Part shown: positions 54,559 to 63,777 of the stretch, in pieces | Numbering within the stretch: position 1 is the stretch's first letter | Layout: each line of letters opens with the position of its first letter | From: a virus | Length of the DNA stretch: 64,000 nt | Virus record (IMG/VR): IMGVR_UViG_3300042887_000976 | Location: 13,673-77,672 of that record | Reading direction: 5' to 3' (one strand) | Made by a program: the position numbers and the translations under genes | Notes under the pieces: model-generated | What the model was told of the DNA's origin: nothing | What the model saw: only the letters and a program-made list of their open reading frames with translations | Databases searched by the model: none

Positions 54559-54589
54559 ATACTAGCATTTAGGTATACCTATTTGTCAA
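54559..54589 (-). promoter_or_regulatory. promoter with palindromic operator-like spacer
   Basis: TTGACA (54589-54584), 19 nt, TAGTAT with extended TG; perfect palindrome TAGGTATACCTA at 54570-54581. Confidence 0.55.
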
Positions 54590-54806
54590 TGCTTCTATTA
54601 GAAATTTCTTCCCAAAGGTCGTTGAGGACATCCAGTGCCTCGTTTACCTGCTCAGGAGACTTGTCCTTATAACGCCAGCCATCGTAAGCCATACCTACGC
54701 TCATTAGCGTAGTATCCATCCATGAAAGAAGTGATGGGGTATCTAACTTTTTAATGCGTGGGTGAAGTTCCTTGGTGGGTGCAGTGCGCTTCCAAATCAT
54801 TACCAT
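54579..54806 (-). CDS. hypothetical protein
   Basis: 75 aa helical ORF. Confidence 0.6.
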   Translation of the reverse strand: MVMIWKRTAPTKELHPRIKKLDTPSLLSWMDTTLMSVGMAYDGWRYKDKSPEQVNEALDVLNDLWEEISNRSIDK

Positions 54807-55216
54807 GCTCCGATTTCCGTAGGGGCTGTGTCCATCAACCTACCACCTACAACGGATAATTCACCATCTATAGAGTTTGTGTAATGCTGTTTATGACAAA
54901 TACCAATTTGGAATGTGCGTTTCCACAAGTTTAAATGAAGACCTGTACCTACACGCCATGGTTCATCAATCTGCTTCATAAATCCAATACTTGCAAAGCG
55001 TGTGCCTTTAGGGACATAGTCACGAGTAATCCAATAAACAGGACCAACAACTTGCAGGATGTTGAGTGTGTCTTTTAAGACAATGCGCCCAAATGTATTA
55101 GCGGTAATGACACAAAGCCAAATACCTTGAGAACCCCAAAGAATAAATGCTACGGGTGATAGTAGGAATGATGCAACAAAAAGGCTCAGTGAGCCATAAC
55201 CAATTAACTTTTTCAT
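54800..55216 (-). CDS. membrane-associated hypothetical protein
   Basis: N-terminal hydrophobic segments; EPWR.G.G. Confidence 0.55.
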   Translation of the reverse strand: MKKLIGYGSLSLFVASFLLSPVAFILWGSQGIWLCVITANTFGRIVLKDTLNILQVVGPVYWITRDYVPKGTRFASIGFMKQIDEPWRVGTGLHLNLWKRTFQIGICHKQHYTNSIDGELSVVGGRLMDTAPTEIGAW

Positions 55217-55221
55217 ATTAT

Positions 55222-55743
55222 TTACAAATCAGAACAAAATCTTCCATACTCTTCACTGCCAGGTGAAACTCTTGAATAGCCATAAGACTCTAGAGGGTTG
55301 TTAATAAAACGCCCTTTTGAGTTTGCACCACGAAAAGATTCGTAGGTAGCAACAGGTACATTAGTATACTTATAGGTTGCATCGCCACCCTGTTGTTTAG
55401 AAGGGCGAGCAAACTTTACGTAGACAGTACCAGAGTTGATTACTTCCCGACCTAAAGTTTGGTCAGTGCTTCTGGAACCTGGTACAAACTTGTGTGCAAT
55501 AACACGGGTACTTTTAGTTGGACCACGCCCGTAGTTTTCGGGTTTATTAGGAAGTGGGGTAACTCGGTAAGTACCAAAAGTACGAGATTCTATTTGTTCT
55601 CTGTACTGTTGTTCCTCTTCATCAGATATCTCTTCGCCACGGGCTTCACGCAAACGGCGTTGTTTAAGAAGTTCTCCAACTTCACGCTGGCGTTTGTTCT
55701 CTTCTCGTTGAGCGGTGTAGTAGCCACTGAAATTGTCTGCCAT
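55222..55743 (-). CDS. KTSC-domain protein
   Basis: VYVKF...YKY.NVP...YESF..A.SKGRFIN..L; leaderless GGTAAAAT promoter at 55744-55757. Confidence 0.75.
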   Translation of the reverse strand: MADNFSGYYTAQREENKRQREVGELLKQRRLREARGEEISDEEEQQYREQIESRTFGTYRVTPLPNKPENYGRGPTKSTRVIAHKFVPGSRSTDQTLGREVINSGTVYVKFARPSKQQGGDATYKYTNVPVATYESFRGANSKGRFINNPLESYGYSRVSPGSEEYGRFCSDL

Positions 55744-55757
55744 AAGGCTATTTTACC

Positions 55758-56285
55758 TTATTCAGGCTTAGGGAGTGCTCGCCATGCTGCTTCAAATTTT
55801 ACAGCATCTTTTGCCATCTCAGGAGAAAGTTCTAAATGCAACCACTTCCCCCCAAAACTTCCTGCATTATCATCCTTGGTAAATAATTTTACCCCTGCCT
55901 CGTTCTCACCTCTTGAGCACCTGAAACCTCGTCCATAGCCAGGTTTTCCATCCTTGACATCCTTATCAAAGGCGTAGTCGTGAATCTCCTCAATGCCTAG
56001 TTCCTTGGTGTATTTGATAAACCAATCCCACATGGCAACGCCAACCTTACGGTCTGTATAGCCGATGTCTATAGCAGCACCAGTAGCGTGAACAGACATC
56101 CACTTTTCCATACCAGGGTCGCCAATCTTCTTACCCTCAGTGTGAGAATTCCTCATCAATCGGGCCTGATAAATCCCCATATTGGTGGTTTTCCAACGGC
56201 GATGGCACAAATCAGCGAGTTTTACCGTTCCAGGCTGCGCCTTCTTGCCATCAAAACTGGGGTAATAAGAGTATTTGCGAGGCAT
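55758..56285 (-). CDS. putative endolysin / peptidase M15-like Zn hydrolase
   Basis: R..R...SVHATGAAID...WLHLE (SxH-x6-D...HxE LAS-type motif). Confidence 0.6.
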   Translation of the reverse strand: MPRKYSYYPSFDGKKAQPGTVKLADLCHRRWKTTNMGIYQARLMRNSHTEGKKIGDPGMEKWMSVHATGAAIDIGYTDRKVGVAMWDWFIKYTKELGIEEIHDYAFDKDVKDGKPGYGRGFRCSRGENEAGVKLFTKDDNAGSFGGKWLHLELSPEMAKDAVKFEAAWRALPKPE

Positions 56286-56321
56286 AAAGATTCCTTTAAA
56301 GTGGGATAGGTCTATTTTAGC

Positions 56322-57158
56322 CTATATTTTAATAATGTAATTAAGAACCATTGTTGGTTGCATGTTATTGTGGGCTCCACCGCCACCTGTATCTTGGTTG
56401 GTTGCTGTGTTTGCAATGTTGGTTGCCGTGTTTGTATTTGCAGAGTAAGGACCCTGATAACTGCCTTGGTTAATATGTTGGACAGCCGCAACTAATGTAG
56501 TAAAGGAACCAGAATTTCCACCTCCAAAGTTGGTTCCTGACATACCAAAAGATTGTCCAGGACCAAGGTCGTGACCATGGGCGTTTTGATTATGGTTGTG
56601 TGAGTTCTGTATATGTGTATGGCTAGGCATTTCAGCACTTGTCAATGTCACATACTGTGACCCAACAACTGTTCCTGAACTATTGGCAATGTCCAGACGA
56701 CCAGCATCTGTGCCACCCATATTGTCAATACCAGCAACTGTGCGACCTCTAAGGTCGGGAAGTCGGAAGTCTGTTCCTGCCTCACCGCCAGTGTTGTAAG
56801 TAGTTCCTATAACTGCAAACAAATCAGGATAAGTAGCACGAACAAGTGTTTGTCCATAACACAACAACCAACTAGTTGGTGCAGAAGAACCAGCAAAGGC
56901 TGTTATAGAGCCAGTTGGGTGTTGGGGAACATAAGAGTCTGTTTGTAACCAAAAAATATTAGTTAAATTTTCATCATCAGCAGTAACTACAATTTGGTCA
57001 CCTGCTATTGGTACAGCCCATGGTGCTTTACGCCCAATGTATGAAATAGATACTTCGGAGCCAGAACCCAACAATGCTGGGATTTTTATACGGATTTCTC
57101 CTGTGTTCTTATTTGAGTAAGTAACAAGTGCTCTATGAATTGGGTGTGGACTGTGCAT
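56322..57158 (-). CDS. baseplate spike-like OB domain fused to a tail collar/fibre domain
   Basis: HRALV..GEIRIKIP..VP..GDQIVV, then PTGSI.AFAG..WLLC.G..LF.VIGT.Y..F.LPDLRGR..HNNMQP..LNYIIK. Confidence 0.65.
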   Translation of the reverse strand: MHSPHPIHRALVTYSNKNTGEIRIKIPALLGSGSEVSISYIGRKAPWAVPIAGDQIVVTADDENLTNIFWLQTDSYVPQHPTGSITAFAGSSAPTSWLLCYGQTLVRATYPDLFAVIGTTYNTGGEAGTDFRLPDLRGRTVAGIDNMGGTDAGRLDIANSSGTVVGSQYVTLTSAEMPSHTHIQNSHNHNQNAHGHDLGPGQSFGMSGTNFGGGNSGSFTTLVAAVQHINQGSYQGPYSANTNTATNIANTATNQDTGGGGAHNNMQPTMVLNYIIKI

Positions 57159-57290
57159 TTACTCTTCGTTATCAGTACTTGGGGCTACTTGGAGTTTCTG
57201 TAATGCTGCCTTGTAAGCGATGTTTTCAAGGGTAAGGCGTTTTACTTCTTCAAGTAGGCCATTGATAAGGTCGTCAGTTTGTAGTTCCAT
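57159..57290 (-). CDS. small coiled-coil protein (43 aa, not in ORF track)
   Basis: MELQTDDLINGLLEEVKRLTLEN...; AAGGAG RBS and TGTATACT -10 upstream. Confidence 0.55.
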   Translation of the reverse strand: MELQTDDLINGLLEEVKRLTLENIAYKAALQKLQVAPSTDNEE

Positions 57291-57325
57291 TTAAGGCTCC
57301 TTTGTTATGTTGTAAGTATACATAT

Positions 57326-58429
57326 TTATAATGCATTCAAAACCGTTTTTTTGTTAGCAAAATGGCGAAGTTGGTTGTGGACATACGACAACTGCTTAGG
57401 AGCCTGAATCTCAGCAAAGTCCATAACACGGGAAACCTCAGTAAGTTCTACGTATGAAGGTACTCCATAGTATTCCCTAAACCGCAAGATACCTTCTTGA
57501 AGTTCAGCCAGTTCTCTCTGGTGTACTTCTTCGTAATCCCAAATAGCAGGGTTGCGAGAAATGATGAAACTCAATGAACTAGATGCCATCCTCTTAAACA
57601 AGATGTTTGAAATGCCAGCACTAAGGGGCGTGATGTTGTCAGGACGGACACGTGCCTCAGTGCTTCCACTGATGAACTTACTAATTTGCATGGGGGTAAG
57701 TTCCTTGATTAGGTCTATTTCATCCTCTGTAAAGCGAAGTGTTCCCATGTAGTTTTTAGCAGTAACAGCCACATTTTCAGTGCTGTTAAAAGGCTCATCG
57801 GCAAGAACAGCCCATTCATAAATAAGGCGTAAAACTTCTTGAAAGGTGCGACCCACAACTGGAGCAATAGAGTTGTTTAATTTGTTAACAGCCAAGTCAG
57901 CCAATTCTGGTTTATTTTGAGTATTAGATTCCACATACATAATATGTCCGAGACCTGCCACAGACATGAATGGCTCATAGGCAACAATTTCGGCAAGACT
58001 GTTAATCAGTGAACTGTCTAGTTCTTCTACATAAAGGCTTTTTGGACCGTAATACCCATTATCACAACGCCAATCAGCACCGTCAATAACACCTGACCCA
58101 GAGAAAATAAACGTTCCAGAAGTTGCGTCCACAGGACGGTCATACAAGTCAATTATGCGTTCTACTGGGTAGAGGTTTAACACTTGTGTGACACCATCCC
58201 CAAATGCCACAAGGTTTTGAAGAGGTAGTTTTTGAAGTGGATGTTTCCATGCGGCTAGTAGCGAACCATCCTGCATTACAAAAACGTCAACAAAGTCAAC
58301 GCTTTCATATCCAATTGGGGTTTGAATCCAAATATCAACTTCCGTTGTGTTTTTTGGTAAATGCTCTAATAGAAAAAAGACCTTGTGCGTAGACAAGACA
58401 TCAATATTGAATGGTTGTGTTTGAATCAT
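57326..58429 (-). CDS. hypothetical protein
   Basis: 367 aa ORF with AAGGA RBS in the fibre region. Confidence 0.65.
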   Translation of the reverse strand: MIQTQPFNIDVLSTHKVFFLLEHLPKNTTEVDIWIQTPIGYESVDFVDVFVMQDGSLLAAWKHPLQKLPLQNLVAFGDGVTQVLNLYPVERIIDLYDRPVDATSGTFIFSGSGVIDGADWRCDNGYYGPKSLYVEELDSSLINSLAEIVAYEPFMSVAGLGHIMYVESNTQNKPELADLAVNKLNNSIAPVVGRTFQEVLRLIYEWAVLADEPFNSTENVAVTAKNYMGTLRFTEDEIDLIKELTPMQISKFISGSTEARVRPDNITPLSAGISNILFKRMASSSLSFIISRNPAIWDYEEVHQRELAELQEGILRFREYYGVPSYVELTEVSRVMDFAEIQAPKQLSYVHNQLRHFANKKTVLNAL

Positions 58430-58438
58430 GTTGTTCCT

Positions 58439-59608
58439 TTATGGTCCATAGTACTTGAACGTTACACCGCCCGCAACACCAGCACCATACCAACCCTGTC
58501 CACCTGTGCCTACAACAACACCACCAGCAACAACGGAGCCGTTAGCACCAGTGCTTTGTGTTCCACGACCACCACCACCGTTACCTCCGTTTAGACCATA
58601 TGCCCCTCCACCTGCGCCACCTGCGCCACCATTATGATTTGCACTTCCTTGTGTAGCAGCATTTGCTCCTACAGCATCAGTTCCGCCACCGCCACCGCCT
58701 GCATAATAACCAGCATCTGTTGTATAGATAGGACTATTAGGGTTATTACAAGAGTTGTATGCAGTACAGTTACCATATTTGTCTGTTGAAGCACAACCAC
58801 ATGAAGCGTCAGTCCATTGGTTGTAACCTGAAACATACGTGTAGCCATAGGTATTGCTTCCACCAGCCTTTGAAGTGTTATCTCCAGAACCAGAGGAACC
58901 ACCAGTACCACTTGGGGCACCACTAGCACCAGGGTGTGCGCCAGCGCCACCACCAGTTGCTGTATAGGTTGTGTCACCAATAACTAAAGTTGAAGAACCG
59001 CCTGCGCCTGCGCCACCCGTGCCTCCGCCACCGTTTCCGCCACCGCCACCGCCACCTATAGTTCCTGTAATGTTCTGTGTTGCAGTAGCCGAAGATACTT
59101 TAGAAGCAGCAAGTCTGTAGCCACCGCCACCTCCACCTGCGTAGTTTGCACCACCGCCACCGCCGTATATAAGCATTTCATAGATAGTTGGGGCTATTGC
59201 TGAACCACCAGTTGGTGTTATGGATGGAACAGATACTGTGTATGAACCTGCGGAGGTATTAAGGTATGTCTTCAAACTCCAAGTAGTAAACGTTGTATTA
59301 GAAGACGTTGTAGAGCCAACAGAGTTAGTTGCTATTGCACGAACATAATAAAGGGTGCCAACAGCAAGACCCGTTTGGTTTGAATAAACGGATTGACTTC
59401 CACCAGTAATACCTGTGAGAGTTGCGCCATCTGTCCAAGTTGAACCGTTAGTGCTGTATTGAAACTTAACGCTTGTAGTTTCGTTGTTAGGGGCTACTGT
59501 TGCATTAAAAGTGGCTCGGTCTTGGTTAAAGTTAGTAACAGCACCAATAGTTAGCGTAGGGGCTACAATAGTTACCGCACCACCAAAAAACCCACGGCGG
59601 ATTGGCAT
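58439..59608 (-). CDS. glycine-rich minor tail/fibre protein with FN3-like domain
   Basis: TGL..GT.YYVRA.ATNSVG; GGGGG repeats. Confidence 0.75.
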   Translation of the reverse strand: MPIRRGFFGGAVTIVAPTLTIGAVTNFNQDRATFNATVAPNNETTSVKFQYSTNGSTWTDGATLTGITGGSQSVYSNQTGLAVGTLYYVRAIATNSVGSTTSSNTTFTTWSLKTYLNTSAGSYTVSVPSITPTGGSAIAPTIYEMLIYGGGGGANYAGGGGGGYRLAASKVSSATATQNITGTIGGGGGGGNGGGGTGGAGAGGSSTLVIGDTTYTATGGGAGAHPGASGAPSGTGGSSGSGDNTSKAGGSNTYGYTYVSGYNQWTDASCGCASTDKYGNCTAYNSCNNPNSPIYTTDAGYYAGGGGGGTDAVGANAATQGSANHNGGAGGAGGGAYGLNGGNGGGGRGTQSTGANGSVVAGGVVVGTGGQGWYGAGVAGGVTFKYYGP

Positions 59609-60195
59609 TATGCGCTCAAATCGCCAATAAGGACATAACTGTTAGAGCCAATACAAAACAAAGCCGCACCTGAATATTGTGCTCGTAATTTCAATCCAGG
59701 CGTACCAACAAGTGTTGCACCACCAGCCGCAACTGTTACTTGACCAACCCCAAGGCTTAATAAATCAATGCTTTGACCAGCAGTTAATCCAAGTGAGGTG
59801 CCAACAGTTACAGTCACAGCCGAAGCGTTGCTTAATGTAACCATCTTTCCTAAGTCTGCTGTCAACAATGTGTATGTTGTTCCCGTTTGTGTATTGACTA
59901 CTTGTGCTGTAGTAAAGTCTCCAATAGGACCTGTTGCGCCTGTCGCTCCAGTTTCTCCAGTTGCTCCCTGTGGACCAGTAGCGCCAGTTTCTCCCTGAAT
60001 ACCCTGAATACCTTGTGCACCCGTGGCACCAGTTGCTCCAGTAGCGCCAGTAGCGCCAGTAGCGCCAGTTGGCCCTGGTGGACCCGTAAGGTCTGTGTAG
60101 ATGACAACCCATTTTTCTCCATCCCACTTCCACGTTTTACCAGAAGCGGTATAAAGGTCGTTTGTGTTTGGAGAGTTTGGAAAGTCAATAGCCAT
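59608..60195 (-). CDS. collagen-repeat fibre protein
   Basis: (GxT/GxQ)n; [16 protein letters not shown]-terminus. Confidence 0.8.
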   Translation of the reverse strand: MAIDFPNSPNTNDLYTASGKTWKWDGEKWVVIYTDLTGPPGPTGATGATGATGATGATGAQGIQGIQGETGATGPQGATGETGATGATGPIGDFTTAQVVNTQTGTTYTLLTADLGKMVTLSNASAVTVTVGTSLGLTAGQSIDLLSLGVGQVTVAAGGATLVGTPGLKLRAQYSGAALFCIGSNSYVLIGDLSA

Positions 60196-60197
60196 GG

Positions 60198-61010
60198 TTA
60201 GTACTTAATGATGTAGTTGATTGCTAAAAATGGGTTCATTAAACCAAGTGCGGTGTTTGCAAATCCACCGTCACCTGAATTAAAAGGGTCAATATTGGTG
60301 TTGTGGGTATGGTCAACGCTGTGCCCACCTGTGTCAAAAGCGCCAATATCTGTATAGTGTATGTGGTTCGCTGAAGTAGCCCCAGTAAAGTGGGTGTGGT
60401 CAGCCCCTGCAAAATTTGTAATGCCAGTGTTTGAAAGACTAGTCCCTGATGCGGAAACACGTGCTCTGGCAGTACCGCTACCAGCATCTGTTACAAAATA
60501 CAGCCTGTGCTCGTGGTCGGCACTACCAGTTCCAGTCCCATGACTGTGGTCGGCACTGTGTCCACCTGAACCAGTGTTTGGGGGGTCAACACCATGGCTA
60601 TGGTTAGCACTTACCCCAGTTGAGGTCGTATTGGGTGGGTCTACAGAGTGGACATGTGTAGGAAGGTTACTTGAGGCAATAACAACACTTTCTGCACCAC
60701 CAGTTGCTGCAAGCGCTCTTGTTGTTAGACCAGTTCCAGAACCAGCGCCGATTGGCATACGACTACGCATGTCAGGAACATTAAAAGTAGTTGTACCATC
60801 CCCACTGCCGTATGTTGTTCCTATCAGTGCAAACAAGTTTGCATAAGTTGTTCTGCTTACTGCTGCTCCGTTGCAGAGAAGCCATCCTTCTGGCGAAGTT
60901 GCTCCAGCGTATGGCATTAATCCGCCGACTGGAATTAAGGGGTAACCACCAACAACATTGTCGTCAGCAACAGATATGCCTTCTTTGACTGTAAATCTTG
61001 TTCTTGCCAT
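60198..61010 (-). CDS. tail collar / short fibre protein
   Basis: [31 protein letters not shown]; repeated HxH motifs; NYIIK. Confidence 0.85.
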   Translation of the reverse strand: MARTRFTVKEGISVADDNVVGGYPLIPVGGLMPYAGATSPEGWLLCNGAAVSRTTYANLFALIGTTYGSGDGTTTFNVPDMRSRMPIGAGSGTGLTTRALAATGGAESVVIASSNLPTHVHSVDPPNTTSTGVSANHSHGVDPPNTGSGGHSADHSHGTGTGSADHEHRLYFVTDAGSGTARARVSASGTSLSNTGITNFAGADHTHFTGATSANHIHYTDIGAFDTGGHSVDHTHNTNIDPFNSGDGGFANTALGLMNPFLAINYIIKY

Positions 61011-61012
61011 TT

Positions 61013-61363
61013 TTACTCTCCGTCCGTTGAAACAGGGTCAGGCTTGATTGTCCACAAATTAGTAGCACTACTCAAATCCCAGTTAGCCCACGATGCAGGA
61101 CGACCCGATTCTGGGGTTACTGGTAGTTGAATGGTGTTTTCAAGAGGATAAGAAACAGTAGATGTGATATCTCGCATCTCTTGTCTCCAGATGCGCCAAT
61201 CGTTTTTAATTTCCTCAGAAAGAGGGCAGTCTGGCATTTGTGTCCAGTCTGATTCTTTCAGAAGAACATCACGCATTTCACGAAGTGCCTGAGCAAGTTC
61301 TTCTTGCGTTTGTGCACCTAGCCCTGTTGTTGAAAGTGTCCAACCAAAAATTTGAATTAACAT
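61013..61363 (-). CDS. tail fibre assembly chaperone
   Basis: LR..RD.LL.ESDWTQ.PD.PL....W..WRQ..RDIT. Confidence 0.8.
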   Translation of the reverse strand: MLIQIFGWTLSTTGLGAQTQEELAQALREMRDVLLKESDWTQMPDCPLSEEIKNDWRIWRQEMRDITSTVSYPLENTIQLPVTPESGRPASWANWDLSSATNLWTIKPDPVSTDGE

Positions 61364-61364
61364 T

Positions 61365-62048
61365 TTATAATCCTACCAAACTAGAAATAACTTTAACGTA
61401 TGCGCTGGTTGTTCCAGCATCTGTAACGGTTGCTTGTACAAGAACGTCAGAACCACTAATAGAAGTAGAGATTGTTAAGGGAATACGTGTAGTTCCTAAC
61501 TCAATAACACCATACTCGGCAAGGGTTGGCGTAGTTCCGTTATGAATTAGTAGAATCTTTGACACGGTGTATTTTGACCCTTGAGTAACTTGAATAAGGA
61601 ATTCACCGCTTCTCATGGCTGTCTTATCAAATCTAGTAATTGTTGTAGCGCTATTAGTTGTAAGTGTTGTTTCTTGAACAGAGCCAGAACCACCACCAAT
61701 CATTTCTACCCAAGCAGAATCGTAGTAAATAAATGTTTTACCAGTGTCTGATTCAAACCAAAAAGCGCCAATAGATGGAGATGATGGAGGAGTATCTGCA
61801 ATACTAATACTTGCACTAGTAGCACCACTAGCAGAAGCATTTGTCCATAATGTTCCGTTGTACATTAAAACTTGGTTAGTTACAGGGGATGTAACCGCAA
61901 CGTCTGAAAGGTCATCAATAGAACCAACAGTAGAAGCAGTACCAGGAACAAACTTAGTTCCGTTGTATTTAAGTACTTGGTCGCTGGCAGCACCAGCAGG
62001 GTCAATCTCAACACCCTTGACAAATAAAGATTTGAGAAAGTTAGCCAT
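61365..62048 (-). CDS. minor tail / fibre protein
   Basis: QVLKYNG, DDLSDV, WFESDTG..FIYY, EYG. Confidence 0.65.
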   Translation of the reverse strand: MANFLKSLFVKGVEIDPAGAASDQVLKYNGTKFVPGTASTVGSIDDLSDVAVTSPVTNQVLMYNGTLWTNASASGATSASISIADTPPSSPSIGAFWFESDTGKTFIYYDSAWVEMIGGGSGSVQETTLTTNSATTITRFDKTAMRSGEFLIQVTQGSKYTVSKILLIHNGTTPTLAEYGVIELGTTRIPLTISTSISGSDVLVQATVTDAGTTSAYVKVISSLVGL

Positions 62049-62081
62049 AATAGTCCTCTACTAAGGTAGCACAGGGCTACC

Positions 62082-63332
62082 CTAAGCCAAGATTACTACT
62101 CGGTATTGGTTAGCAGTTGGTGCTGCCGCAAAGTTTACAGTAGTTGTAGGTACAGCCGAACCATCGTTTACATTAGTAATGTCAGCGTAGACAACTTCTC
62201 CAGAAGACACTTCATAAACATTGACTATTACATCGTTTGTTCCTAAACCATGTGCAATGGCATATGACGTAGCCGATGTAGAAAGGGTTTCAACATGCTT
62301 CTTTTTTGTCCATACAGGAGCAGATGCGCCTGCAACAAGGACATGGCCTGATGTACCAAGACCAAGAGTGCTTGTAGTAGCAGAACCTGTTTGGTAAACG
62401 ATTGAACCAGCGGCACCACCAGTAACGTTAGTTGCTGTTGTAGTGGTTGCTGAGTTACCTGTGTACTCGGTAGCCGACAACACTTGTGTACCAGCAATTT
62501 TAATGACTTTGGTTGACGCAAGGTCAATATGCTCAGAAGATGTCCATGCTGATGTAGCGGATATCCAGTTCCATGTCTTGTCAGTAGCACCTTTAAGGGT
62601 AAGACCACCGCCATTGGCTGTGGAATCCGTAGGGGAAGCAACATCACCTAAAACAAAAGTAATGTCATCAACAGTGACTACTGTTGAGTTAATAGTAGTT
62701 GTTGTACCTTCAACGGTTAGGTTACCTGCAATAGTAACTGTTCCAGAGGCATTACCGATGTTGAGAGTAGTAGCCGCACCAGCAAAGTTAACTGTTGTAG
62801 CCGTTGTGTTAATAAGGTCAAATGAAGAACTACCTGTAGTAAGCGAGGTTGTAATTGCAGGGCTGGTACCAAATACAAGGACACCAGAGCCAGTTTCATC
62901 AGAGATGACTCCAGCCAGTTCAGCAGATGTAGTAGCCGCAAAAACGCTTAACTTGTCAGTTGTCTTAGCAACGTTAGTGATAGCACCAGAGGAACCATTG
63001 ACTGTTGTAACGCCCGTAGAGGATGTTAAATACGTTGTGGTGTCTAGTTCCCACGTGTTAGCAGCAGTTTTTTTAAGGAAACCAGAAGTTCCTGTAAGGG
63101 CAGCAATGGCTGTAAGGTCACCATCAGCAGGTTGCCAAGTACCAGCAGCACCCGATGAAAGTTCTACCCATGCCGTACCGTTGTAATACTTGAGTTTGTT
63201 TAAACCACCGTTGGTATCAAAATAAATACCACCAGCCTTTTGGTTAGTTGTAGGTGCTGTACCAGCATTATGAACAACGGCGTTGAGGAGTTCATTGCCA
63301 TTGATATTGACATTATTTAGAAACTTTGACAT
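62082..63332 (-). CDS. virion structural / fibre protein
   Basis: Thr/Ser/Ala-rich; GNLTV.GTTTT.NS, H.LGT.DV.V. Confidence 0.7.
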   Translation of the reverse strand: MSKFLNNVNINGNELLNAVVHNAGTAPTTNQKAGGIYFDTNGGLNKLKYYNGTAWVELSSGAAGTWQPADGDLTAIAALTGTSGFLKKTAANTWELDTTTYLTSSTGVTTVNGSSGAITNVAKTTDKLSVFAATTSAELAGVISDETGSGVLVFGTSPAITTSLTTGSSSFDLINTTATTVNFAGAATTLNIGNASGTVTIAGNLTVEGTTTTINSTVVTVDDITFVLGDVASPTDSTANGGGLTLKGATDKTWNWISATSAWTSSEHIDLASTKVIKIAGTQVLSATEYTGNSATTTTATNVTGGAAGSIVYQTGSATTSTLGLGTSGHVLVAGASAPVWTKKKHVETLSTSATSYAIAHGLGTNDVIVNVYEVSSGEVVYADITNVNDGSAVPTTTVNFAAAPTANQYRVVILA

Positions 63333-63339
63333 TTAATCC

Positions 63340-63777
63340 TCACGAAAAGTATGCTTTTCCACCAAAACTGGCGGAAAACGAAATAGAAACTTGGTTCTCT
63401 GTTATATATAATACATCACCTATGACCATGTTCCCGCCATTATCAACCACAGACACAGACGGGAAGAACCCCAAATTGTGAGAGATAGTCCATGTAGCGG
63501 CTGATGTACTTTGGTTATGTATATATGAAGCACCTGCTGGTAAAACAAAATTAAGAGTTTGAGAAGGAGCAGTTCCTGTAATGTTCACCGCAGCACTACC
63601 AACTGTGACAGTACCCACAGCAAGAACGTTGGCTGGTCCAGCCACACCTGGGTCATGTACTTCTAGTACTTCAGTAGTAGGGGCAGTTACAACAGAAACG
63701 TTTTTCTTTTGTGTAACTGTTACATACTTATTAGGTGTTTTTGTAACTTCTACAGTGCTTGTTTCGTTATAACTCAT
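63340..63777 (-). CDS. virion structural protein
   Basis: W.I.HNLG..PSV.V.D...F...F.GKAY. Confidence 0.65.
   Translation of the reverse strand: MSYNETSTVEVTKTPNKYVTVTQKKNVSVVTAPTTEVLEVHDPGVAGPANVLAVGTVTVGSAAVNITGTAPSQTLNFVLPAGASYIHNQSTSAATWTISHNLGFFPSVSVVDNGGNMVIGDVLYITENQVSISFSASFGGKAYFS

Noticed and set aside
59930-60085. 9-bp tandem repeats (ccagtagcg)
   Set aside because: Explained by the collagen G-A-T coding repeat.
62443-63186. 247-aa plus-strand ORF, and similar antisense ORFs such as 36573-37097, 43543-44022, 46371-46922 and 5827-6324
   Set aside because: They mirror well-supported minus-strand genes, have no RBS or motif support, and are expected shadows of biased codon usage.
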